In this document: positions 46,169-53,089 of the stretch, piece after piece
Layout: each line of letters begins with the position of its first letter
Position numbering within the stretch: the first letter of the stretch is position 1
Origin: Acidobacteria bacterium 13_1_20CM_2_55_15
GTDB taxonomy: Bacteria > Acidobacteriota > Terriglobia > 20CM-2-55-15
Length of the DNA: 61,896 nt
Assembly: GCA_001920875.1 (NCBI GenBank)
Contig: MNKP01000097.1
Coordinates: 1-61,896 of the forward strand
Reading direction: 5' to 3'
Program-made: the position numbers and the translations under genes
The notes under the pieces: model-generated
Seen by the model: only the letters and a program-made list of their open reading frames with translations
Told to the model about the DNA's origin: nothing
Databases searched by the model: none

Positions 46169-47065
46169 ATGTGCAAGGGGACAAATCTATGCCTGCTGCT
46201 GAACTGGACCGGGTTGATTGTGTTGGGAAGCTGTTTGGCTTTTGGTCAGGGGGCGACGGCCGCCCTTTCCGGTATCGTACGCGCTAGCACCAGGCGCAGT
46301 CGTGCGTGGAGCCACTATCACCGCCAAGCATCTCGAAAGTGGTCCAATGCTCTGTCCCGCAGTGCTACGAGTAGCGAAAACGGTGGCTACAATGTGCAGT
46401 TGCTTCCGGTCGGCGCCTATGAAATCACGACAGACATGCCGGGCTTCAAACAGCAAGTGCGGCGTGGAATCAATCTGGTCGTCGGTCGGGAAGCCGTCGT
46501 GAATCTGACGCTTGAAGTCGGAGCGGCTGCAGAGTTAGTCACAGTGACGGACGAAGCACCGATCGTGAACACGACATTAAGTTCGACGTCCGGACTGATC
46601 AACGAGACCCAGATCAAAGGACTACCGTTGAATGGGCGCAGCTTTGATCAGCTTTTGACGCTGAACGTGGGCACTGTCGATAACCGTTCGAATGTCAGCA
46701 ACAACGCCTGGACGTCTTTCTCGGTTGCGGAAAAGAGGCCCGAGACCAACCGATTTCTCATGAACGGCGGCGACTATCCGGGCTCCAACTCGGGCGGTAC
46801 CTACATTACGCCCTCCGGCTCCAGTGGGCAATTGCTTGGAGTCGAAGCTGTACGGGAATACAACGTTCTGCAGCACACTATAGCGCAGAGTATGGAAAAC
46901 GGGCCGGTGCCCAGGTCACCGTTGTGTCGTCTTCGGGGTCGAACCAGTTGCATGGCGATTTGTTTGAGTACATGCGCAACAGCTCTTTGGACGCCCGCAA
47001 CTTTTTCGAAGATGCCAAGGGTCCCTTCCACCGCAATCAATTTCGGAGGATACCTGGGAGGTTAG
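46169..47065 (+). pseudogene. TonB-dependent receptor N-terminal remnant (signal peptide, CarboxypepD_reg-like domain, plug), multiply frameshifted and truncated
   Basis: Family-typical sequence hops between frames. AFGQGATAALSGIVR is in frame a; PGAVVRGATITAKHLESG is in frame b (46290-46343). SRSATSSENGGYNVQLLPVGAYEITTDMPGFK...IKGLPLNGRSF is back in frame a. YSAEYGKRAGAQVTVVSSSGSNQLHGDLFEYMRNSSLDARNFF...NQF is in frame c. GGYLGG then runs into a stop. Nothing barrel-like follows. Confidence 0.7.
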
Positions 47066-47104
47066 TTCGCGTTGAAATTGCTGTTTTGATACTTGCTGGT
47101 CGGA

Positions 47105-47185
47105 GGAATAAAATGGCCACGAAAAGGCACAAAAGCATCGCAATGCCTTTGGCGAATTTTGTGCTTTTTTGTGGCAGTTCCCCTT
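47105..47185. repeat. Repeat family F1 copy (GGCCACGAAAAGGCACAAAA ... TTTTGTGCTTTTTTGTGGCA)
   Basis: Read directly. Arms at 47115-47134 and 47157-47176. Located 16 nt upstream of the 47201 start codon. Confidence 0.8.
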
Positions 47186-47200
47186 TTTAGGAGCGTAGAT

Positions 47201-48034
47201 ATGAAGAAATTCTTCGTCATCTCAATGACACTGATAATGCTGATCCTGGTGCTGCCGGTGCAATCGCAAGCTCAGGACCGGGTGCGATCCGTGAATGTGG
47301 GCGGCACTCCTCTGGTTCCAGACAACCTTGTGAACGGCCCCGTGCCGCGGCTGCCCGACGGCAAGCCGGATCTGACCGGCCCGTGGATGGGTGGCGGCTC
47401 GAATGCCGACATCGAGCGTGAAGGCGGACTGAAACCCGGCGAGCTTCCCTTATTACCCTGGGCGAAAGAACTCCGGGATAAACGCAAGGAGGAGGACGAG
47501 CCGTATACGGCCTGTTTGCCGATGAGTATCCCGCGAGTCAACCCCTACCCGTGGAAGTTCGCAATGTCGTACACGTCGAAGGGGCTGACGTACATCTACA
47601 TCCTGCACGAGACCGGGGACGCCGGCGCGCATCGCGTGGTCTACATGGATGGCCGCAAGCATCCGGACGATCTTCTTCCGACTTGGTGGGGCCACTCGAT
47701 TGGGTCGTGGGAGGGCGACACGCTCGTCATCGACACCGTTGGCTATAACGACAAGTTCTGGTTCGATAGTCGCGGCACCCCGCACACCGGGAAACTCCAC
47801 ACGATCGAACGATGGACCCGGATCAACTATGGAACACTCGTCAACGATTTCACGCTTGATGATCCTGGTGCCTTTTCGAAACCGGTTCATCTGAAGTTTA
47901 CAGCGAAGCTGATGCGCCCAGACCTCGACTTGATGGAGTTCATATGCTTGGAAAACAATCAGGTCGGCCAGGCAGGGGGTTACGTGCCGGGAACCGGTAC
48001 GAGTAATACGGTTGATCCGAAGACTAATAAATGA
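47201..48034 (+). CDS. Secreted conserved hypothetical protein (277 aa)
   Basis: AGGAG 9 nt upstream of ATG 47201. Signal peptide MKKFFVISMTLIMLILVLPVQSQA. Distinctive WEGDTLVIDTVGYNDKFWFDSRGTPHTGKLHTIERW block. No family name recalled. Confidence 0.7.
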   Translation: MKKFFVISMTLIMLILVLPVQSQAQDRVRSVNVGGTPLVPDNLVNGPVPRLPDGKPDLTGPWMGGGSNADIEREGGLKPGELPLLPWAKELRDKRKEEDEPYTACLPMSIPRVNPYPWKFAMSYTSKGLTYIYILHETGDAGAHRVVYMDGRKHPDDLLPTWWGHSIGSWEGDTLVIDTVGYNDKFWFDSRGTPHTGKLHTIERWTRINYGTLVNDFTLDDPGAFSKPVHLKFTAKLMRPDLDLMEFICLENNQVGQAGGYVPGTGTSNTVDPKTNK

Positions 48035-48056
48035 CTGACGTTCAGGAGGTGTTGCC

Positions 48057-48473
48057 ATGAAAAACAAACTCGGGCTCATGATCGCTGGAATCAGCTTTTT
48101 CTGTTTCACGATGCCGGCCATCGCCCATCATGGATTCGATACGGAATATGACGCGAATAAGAAAGTCAAATTAACCGGCGTGGTGACGAAGATCGAATGG
48201 CTCAATCCGCATATGCGCGTCTACATCGATGTCACCGATGCCAAGGGTAACGTGGCCAATTGGAACCTGGAATTGACCAGTCCCAATACCGTACGGCGGC
48301 AGGGCTGGGGCCCGAAAGATCTCCTGCCTGGAGAGAAGGTGGTCTTTGAAGCATACGGCGGCAAGGTTATCGAAACGAGGGGCGCGTTGGCGAGAATTGC
48401 CAAGGTCGAGAATCCGGACAAACCGCTCTTTATTGCAGGTGGACCTGAGCAGCCGGGCTTTCCTAAGCAGTAG
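48057..48473 (+). CDS. DUF6152-like secreted protein
   Basis: Signal peptide ending AIA, then HHGFDTEYDANKKVKLTGVVTKIEWLNPHMRVYIDV, which is the DUF6152 pattern as I recall it. 22 nt after the previous gene. Confidence 0.65.
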   Translation: MKNKLGLMIAGISFFCFTMPAIAHHGFDTEYDANKKVKLTGVVTKIEWLNPHMRVYIDVTDAKGNVANWNLELTSPNTVRRQGWGPKDLLPGEKVVFEAYGGKVIETRGALARIAKVENPDKPLFIAGGPEQPGFPKQ

Positions 48474-48482
48474 CTCGCAAAC

Positions 48483-49613
48483 ATGACAACAATCACTGTG
48501 TTGCTGCTTGGCCTGGCGATGGCGGCAGGGCAAGCTGGGCCGGGTCAGGTTGCGCCCGGCCGATCCGGATCCGAGCAGAATTCACAGCTTTCGGAGACTG
48601 TCTTCAAGAACGTTAAAGTCCTTAAAGGCATTCCTGTTGACGAGTTCATGGACACGATGGGAATGTTTGCATCCTCCCTCGGTTACGACTGCAGCAGTTG
48701 CCACTCCCCGGAAATCCGCACCAATCGCGAGGCGTTCGCCGTCGAAACTCCGCTGGTTCAGAGGGCGCGAGGCATGATTACGATGATGAATGCCATCAAC
48801 CGTAACTACTTCCGCGGCGAACCGCACGTATCGTGCTTCACCTGCCACCGCGGCAACTACAACCCTGAGATCATTCCGAGCCTGGCTCTGCAGTACGGCG
48901 AGCTCAAAGAGGATCCCAACTCGACCAATATTTATCCCGATCGAAAGGTAACGGCGGATCAGGTGTTTGAAAGATATTTTCAGGCACTCGGCGGAAGGGA
49001 CCGGTTGGCCGGCTTGACCTCGTTCGTCGCCACAGGAACCTACTCCGGGTTCAATACGGGCGGGGCAGATGTCCCTGTAGAAATCTATGCCCGCGCGCCC
49101 GACCAGCGGACCCAGATCATTCACATGGATATTGGAGACGGGGTCAAGACCTACGATGGCCGGAATGGCTGGGTTGCGGAAGAATGGAGACCGGTGCCGC
49201 TCGTCAGACTGACAGGAGGCAACTTGACCGGAGCGCGCCTGGATGCAATGATATCCTTCCCTGCAGGCATCCAGAAATCGTTCAGCGACTGGAAAGTCGG
49301 CAGCACCGTCATCGACGACCGTCCGGTTCAGATCTTACAGGGATCTAACCCCGGAGAAACTCCTGTTAACCTCTACTTCGATGAATCCGGGCTATTAGTC
49401 CGACTGGTGCGCTGGAACAAAACAACCGTTGGTACCGTCCCGACACAGATCGATTACTCGGAATACCGCGAAATGGCCAGCGTCAAACTGCCTTTCCGCA
49501 TCGTTATGACTTGGACCGACGGCCAGAACACGTTTACTTTTAAAGAGATCCGGCCGAACGCCGTAATCGGCCCCGAGAAGTTCGTCCAGCCCGCTCCGTT
49601 CAAACGCCGGTAG
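48483..49613 (+). CDS. Dihaem c-type cytochrome (reaction-centre cytochrome-c-subunit-like N-terminus) fused to a LolA-like domain
   Basis: FKNVKVLKGIPVDEFMDTMGMFASSLGYDCSSCH and VSCFTCH give two CxxCH motifs. The C-terminal ~230 aa are paralogous to 61174-61896 (YFQALGGRDRLAGL vs YLKTLGGDAGLAKL; IDYSEYRE vs IDYSDFRN). Confidence 0.8.
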   Translation: MTTITVLLLGLAMAAGQAGPGQVAPGRSGSEQNSQLSETVFKNVKVLKGIPVDEFMDTMGMFASSLGYDCSSCHSPEIRTNREAFAVETPLVQRARGMITMMNAINRNYFRGEPHVSCFTCHRGNYNPEIIPSLALQYGELKEDPNSTNIYPDRKVTADQVFERYFQALGGRDRLAGLTSFVATGTYSGFNTGGADVPVEIYARAPDQRTQIIHMDIGDGVKTYDGRNGWVAEEWRPVPLVRLTGGNLTGARLDAMISFPAGIQKSFSDWKVGSTVIDDRPVQILQGSNPGETPVNLYFDESGLLVRLVRWNKTTVGTVPTQIDYSEYREMASVKLPFRIVMTWTDGQNTFTFKEIRPNAVIGPEKFVQPAPFKRR

Positions 49614-49627
49614 CCTGGGTGTACAAC

Positions 49628-49792
49628 GCCGCTTCCGCCGCAGAAGCCTTAGCTTTTCAATTCCAACGTTGCTTTTGCCGAAGCAGTGTTGGCTTCTGAT
49701 TTTCAACACTGCTTTTGCCGTGGCAGTGTTAACTTTTCAATTCCAACGCTGCTTTTGCCGTAACAGCATTAGCTTTCCATTTCCAAAGCTAC
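49628..49792. repeat. Tandem array of 40-bp hairpin units (4-5 copies), terminator-like, downstream of the cytochrome gene
   Basis: The motif GCTTTTGCCG recurs at 49671, 49711 and 49751, with variants at 49631 and 49791 (exact 40-bp phase). Stems: CCAACGTTGC/GCAGTGTTGG (49663-49692, two G:U pairs) and AACACTGC/GCAGTGTT (49705-49730). Each is followed by a T-rich tract. Confidence 0.9.
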
Positions 49793-49993
49793 CTCTTCGG
49801 CAGGGATCGGAAAAGCGGCACAGGAAAACGAGCTTTTTTATGTTTTTCGGCTTTCGCATCGAAAAAGTTGTATTTTTCGACGCCTCTAAACGATCTAAAC
49901 GTTTGAAGGGCGAAAAATCCTTTTCAGCTGGGCTGCATGGAGGCTAGCCGCTCCGGCAGCCCTTCTCACTTTTGAGAAAGGTTTGAAATACAA

Positions 49994-50230
49994 ATGAAGA
50001 ATATTGATGACATCACCTTCGAATCCTGGCAGTTGCGGGTCCCTGGTGTGCTCGACCAACTTCTGGAATGCGACTGGTGCGGCTATGAGATTGAAGGAGA
50101 CGAATTGGTCAAGACGCTGAAAGGCCCGATGCATTGGTCCTGCTGGCAGGACGCCGAAGAGCGCGGATCCTATAAGACAGCGGTTAGAGAGACGCCATGG
50201 CCATTGGAGGCAGTCGCTACCAAACCGTGA
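49994..50230 (+). CDS. Hypothetical 78-aa protein with CxxC...HxxC zinc-ribbon-like spacing
   Basis: ORF only: ECDWCGYE ... GPMHWSCW. More protein-like than the overlapping antisense ORF 49895-50266. Confidence 0.35.
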   Translation: MKNIDDITFESWQLRVPGVLDQLLECDWCGYEIEGDELVKTLKGPMHWSCWQDAEERGSYKTAVRETPWPLEAVATKP

Positions 50231-50650
50231 CGCGTTTAGCCGGAGCGAGGAACATTTTATCGCCATCCTTAATACGAAGGCGTCGAAGAAAGCATTCTGA
50301 TTCTTTACAGGCGCGACGCCGCGAACCGAAGGCGGTGAATGCGGATCGACCTTGATCCGGCAGATCTGTTCGTACTCGCGGGATTTGCCCCGCTACACCT
50401 GAGCCCATCCCATAAGAAATCTTTGATCGCCGGTGAAACGTTCGATCAGGCCATTTCGAAAAGGTATACTTCGGTTCGAATCACCTGTCCCTCGTAAGCC
50501 ACCTTCGTTGCTATTTCGAGTGGCTGTGAAACGTCATCCGGCCCAAACGATGTAAGTGGACCTCGTGGTTTCGCGTGGTTACCGGCAGGCATTCAAGGGC
50601 CGGTGATTTCTGCATTGGCTCGCAGGCGACTTGTGCTATTGTTGCCCGCC

Positions 50651-52267
50651 ATGTGGCAACAAACCTACACACCAATCGCGAATAGTCTCGCTTTGTCCGC
50701 TCTTGTGGCGGCAGTGCCGATCTTTGTTCTGCTGTTTATGATAGGTATCCGGCGCAAGCCCGCCTGGATCGCTTCGCTTTCGGGTCTGGCGGCGACGGTC
50801 ATCCTCGCGGCAGTGGTTTATGGGATGCCTGCGGGGATGCTCTTCTCGTCTGTTTTATTCGGGGCGGCATTTGGACTCTTTCCCATCGGCTGGGTCGTGT
50901 TCTCCGCGATTTTGCTCTATCGCGTGATGCAAGAGAGCGGCAAATTTAATACGCTGAAAGACTCCATCGGTCATCTCACCGACGACGGCCGTCTACAAAT
51001 GATGCTTGTGGCGTTCGCGTTCGGTGCATTTATTGAAGGTTGCGCCGGATTTGGAACTCCGGTGGCGGTCGCCGCCACAATGCTGACCGGTCTCGGATTT
51101 TCACCGTTCTTATCCGCAGCGGTCTGTTTGTTAGCCAACACGGCGCCCGTGGCATTTGGATCGATCGGAACGCCCATCCTCACCCTCAGAGCGACTACCG
51201 GACTTCCTTTAGATCGTCTGAGCGCAGGTGTCGGCCGGATCTGCGCGCCGGTTTCCTTGTTCATTCCGGCCTACATGATTGCGGTGGTGTGCGGCTGGTC
51301 GGGCTTGCGCGCCGTATTGCCTGCCGCGGCTGTATGCGGGATCGCATTTGGCGGGACGCAATTCCTTGTTTCGAATTTCGTCGGTCCCGAGCTCACCGAT
51401 ATCCTGGCTTCGATGGCGGCTATGGGAGGACTCTTTGTACTTGTAAAATTCTGGAAACCGCGCGACAGATTTGACTTCGGCCATCTACCTCCGAGCAAAG
51501 TCATTCACAAGGGACGTGATCTCGCCGTTGCCTGGGCGCCCTACATGATCCTTGTGGTGCTGGTGCTGCTGTGGGGATATCCGCCGGTCAAAGCTCGGTT
51601 GGATTCATTCACCATCCCCATCAATTGGCCCGGGCTGCACAATCTCATTCAACGAATGCCGCCTGTCGTCGCACAGCCATCCAACTATGGAGCGGTTTTC
51701 GCCTTCAGCTGGCTTTCCGCGTCGGGCACGGCGTGTCTGATCACGGCCATTCTTGGGGCCGCCGTTGTGGGCTTGAGTCCAGGGCGGTTCGCTCGTGTGT
51801 TTGGACAGACCGTAAAGCAACTGGCGCTGGCCGAACTGACGCTGGCAGCCGTGCTCGCTCTCGCCTATGTGATGAACTACTCAGGTGCGACCGCGACCTT
51901 AGGTCTCGCTTTTGCGGGCACGGGCGTGCTGTTTCCGATGTTCAGCTCAGTGCTTGGTTCCTTGGGAGTTTTCCTTACCGGAAGCGACACGTCTGCGAAT
52001 GCGCTGTTTGGCACACTGCAAACCGTGACGGCCACAAAACTCGGTATGAATCCGATCCTGATGGCTTCAGGAAACTCTGCCGGCGGCGTGATGGGAAAGA
52101 TGATCAGCCTGACCAGCATTGCCGTTGCCGCTGCCGCAACGACAATGAAGCGGGAAGATGAAAGCCGGCTCTTTGGGTTTACGCTCAAGCACAGCATCTT
52201 TCTCACCTTCATCATCGGGCTGGTGGTGATGTTTTATACGTATGTGGCCCCGCAACTCGCACCGTGA
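50651..52267 (+). CDS. lctP: L-lactate permease (LctP/LldP family)
   Basis: MWQQTYTPIANSLALSALVAAVPI start, FIEGCAGFGTPVAV, and GSLGVFLTGSDTSANALFG and SGNSAGGVMGKMIS blocks. Start set to ATG 50651. Confidence 0.9.
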   Translation: MWQQTYTPIANSLALSALVAAVPIFVLLFMIGIRRKPAWIASLSGLAATVILAAVVYGMPAGMLFSSVLFGAAFGLFPIGWVVFSAILLYRVMQESGKFNTLKDSIGHLTDDGRLQMMLVAFAFGAFIEGCAGFGTPVAVAATMLTGLGFSPFLSAAVCLLANTAPVAFGSIGTPILTLRATTGLPLDRLSAGVGRICAPVSLFIPAYMIAVVCGWSGLRAVLPAAAVCGIAFGGTQFLVSNFVGPELTDILASMAAMGGLFVLVKFWKPRDRFDFGHLPPSKVIHKGRDLAVAWAPYMILVVLVLLWGYPPVKARLDSFTIPINWPGLHNLIQRMPPVVAQPSNYGAVFAFSWLSASGTACLITAILGAAVVGLSPGRFARVFGQTVKQLALAELTLAAVLALAYVMNYSGATATLGLAFAGTGVLFPMFSSVLGSLGVFLTGSDTSANALFGTLQTVTATKLGMNPILMASGNSAGGVMGKMISLTSIAVAAAATTMKREDESRLFGFTLKHSIFLTFIIGLVVMFYTYVAPQLAP

Positions 52268-52280
52268 GCCGCGCGCGTGT

Positions 52281-52614
52281 TTAAGCTGCAAGATCCTCCG
52301 CCCAATAGACTTCTTCGGCTCCTGAAGATTTGAAGACCCGAAACGCTCGGTCGAGCCGCGCAGGCTCATCCGACCCGACTGCAATCAGGATCGCGCCGGC
52401 TCCAATTTTCTGCTCGACTCGGGCCCTGTCGTGTTCTGGAATCCCGATGCGGGCCAGTGCGCCCGTGCCGCCGGCCAGCCCGCCGATAACACCACCGACC
52501 GCAGCTCTGCTGAAAGCCCCGATTATTGGGCCGGCGACTGCCAGAGGTCCGAGTATGGGAGATATCGTTGGCCTGAGGTTCGGTTGAAGCGATGCAATAC
52601 ACGGTATTTTTCAT
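52281..52614 (-). pseudogene. Glycine-zipper stress-protein-like small gene with a frame disruption
   Basis: GGAGGA sits 5 nt before ATG 52614 (MKNTVYCIASTEPQANDI). All family-like sequence (PILGPLAVAGPIIGAF..VGGVIGGLAGGTGALARIGIPEHDRARVEQKIGAGAILIAVGSDEP...SGAEEV, stop 52281) is in the +1 frame, which has no ATG/GTG/TTG of its own. The span is 334 nt, not a multiple of 3. Confidence 0.5.
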
Positions 52615-52651
52615 AAATCCTCCATTGGAAATTGCATCATCGGAAAAGAAC

Positions 52652-52677
52652 TGTAGCGGCGGGCTATGACCGCCGAC
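52652..52677. repeat. Repeat family F4 copy (TGTAGCGGCGG-gctatga-CCGCCGAC)
   Basis: Read directly. A related half-site GAGCGCCGCTACAGC lies at ~52746-52760, and the perfect copy is at 53031-53055. Confidence 0.6.
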
Positions 52678-52790
52678 GATCTGTAACTTCCTGGAGTGTC
52701 GGCGCTCAATTTTTGAGGCTGCGCGCTATCGCGCTTGCGCTTCGCGGAGCGCCGCTACAGCTGTGCAATCTCCAATAGGTTCCGAAAACC

Positions 52791-52958
52791 CTAGGTTCCG
52801 GTCTCTCTTTCCTCTCCGCCAATGTAGTCTTCAGGAGACGACTGAAACTCCTCCTTGCAATCCGTGTTGCAGAAATAATAAGTCGTGCCTTGGTGCGTCG
52901 CCTTGTCCTTGGTGGTACGTTCGTCGACTTCCATGCCACAGACTGGGTCGATAGCCAT
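52791..52958 (-). CDS. YHS-domain mini-protein (55 aa), below the ORF-track cutoff
   Basis: AAGGAG 7 nt upstream of ATG 52958. MAIDPVCGMEVDERTTKDKATHQGTTYYFCNTDCKEEFQSSPEDYIGGEERETGT carries the DPVCGM...YYFC...C YHS/TRASH-type pattern. Confidence 0.7.
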   Translation of the reverse strand: MAIDPVCGMEVDERTTKDKATHQGTTYYFCNTDCKEEFQSSPEDYIGGEERETGT

Positions 52959-53030
52959 TGGTCAACTCCTTACATTTTGGGTTTTGATACTTTTAAGTGG
53001 AGCAATCGTGGGGCCGTTAAGGCGGCGCTC

Positions 53031-53055
53031 TAGCGGCGGTCACAGACCGCCGCTA
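53031..53055. repeat. Perfect palindrome TAGCGGCGGTC-aca-GACCGCCGCTA (repeat family F4)
   Basis: Read directly, between the DsbA-like gene stop and the YHS gene start. Confidence 0.8.
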
Positions 53056-53089
53056 CAATAATCAGGAACTAAGGGACGGGAAATTTTTC

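Noticed and set aside
45871-46176. ORFs 45871-46176 (minus strand) and 45940-46287 (plus strand) in the 45.66-46.17 kb gap.
   Set aside because: Their composition is not protein-like, they overlap each other and the F2 palindrome, and the region looks like decayed remnants rather than functional genes.
35132-47065. Integrated mobile element or genomic island bounded by the receptor fragments.
   Set aside because: There is no integrase, transposase, tRNA target or clear direct repeats, only a weak ~20-nt similarity at the junctions. It is kept as a rearrangement hypothesis in the findings, not annotated as a mobile element.
47114-47129. Sigma-54-like -24/-12 element TGGCC-n9-GCA upstream of the 47201 cassette.
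   Set aside because: The GG/GC spacing fits, but the -12 region lacks the conserved TTGC. The sequence is simply the left arm of the F1 repeat, so it would recur at every copy regardless of promoter function.
49843-49879. Mutually exclusive hairpins (TTTTTCG / CGAAAAA / TTTTTCG) suggesting an attenuator before the 49994 ORF.
   Set aside because: The stems are 7 bp and almost entirely A:T, so they are thermodynamically weak. There is no leader peptide or downstream terminator, so low-complexity AT-rich sequence is more likely.
50473-50482. tRNA-like T-loop sequence GGTTCGAATC.
   Set aside because: The flanking bases cannot form a T-stem, and no acceptor or anticodon arms are apparent. This looks like a chance match inside a non-coding or short-ORF region.
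50446-50592. 48-codon minus-strand ORF (MPAGNHAKPRGPLTSFGPDDVSQPLEIATKVAYEGQVIRTEVYLFEMA) in the 420-bp gap upstream of the lactate permease. The 63-aa ORF at 50217-50408 was considered with it.
   Set aside because: No Shine-Dalgarno sequence and no recognisable family, and I could not assess conservation. There is not enough support to call either ORF.
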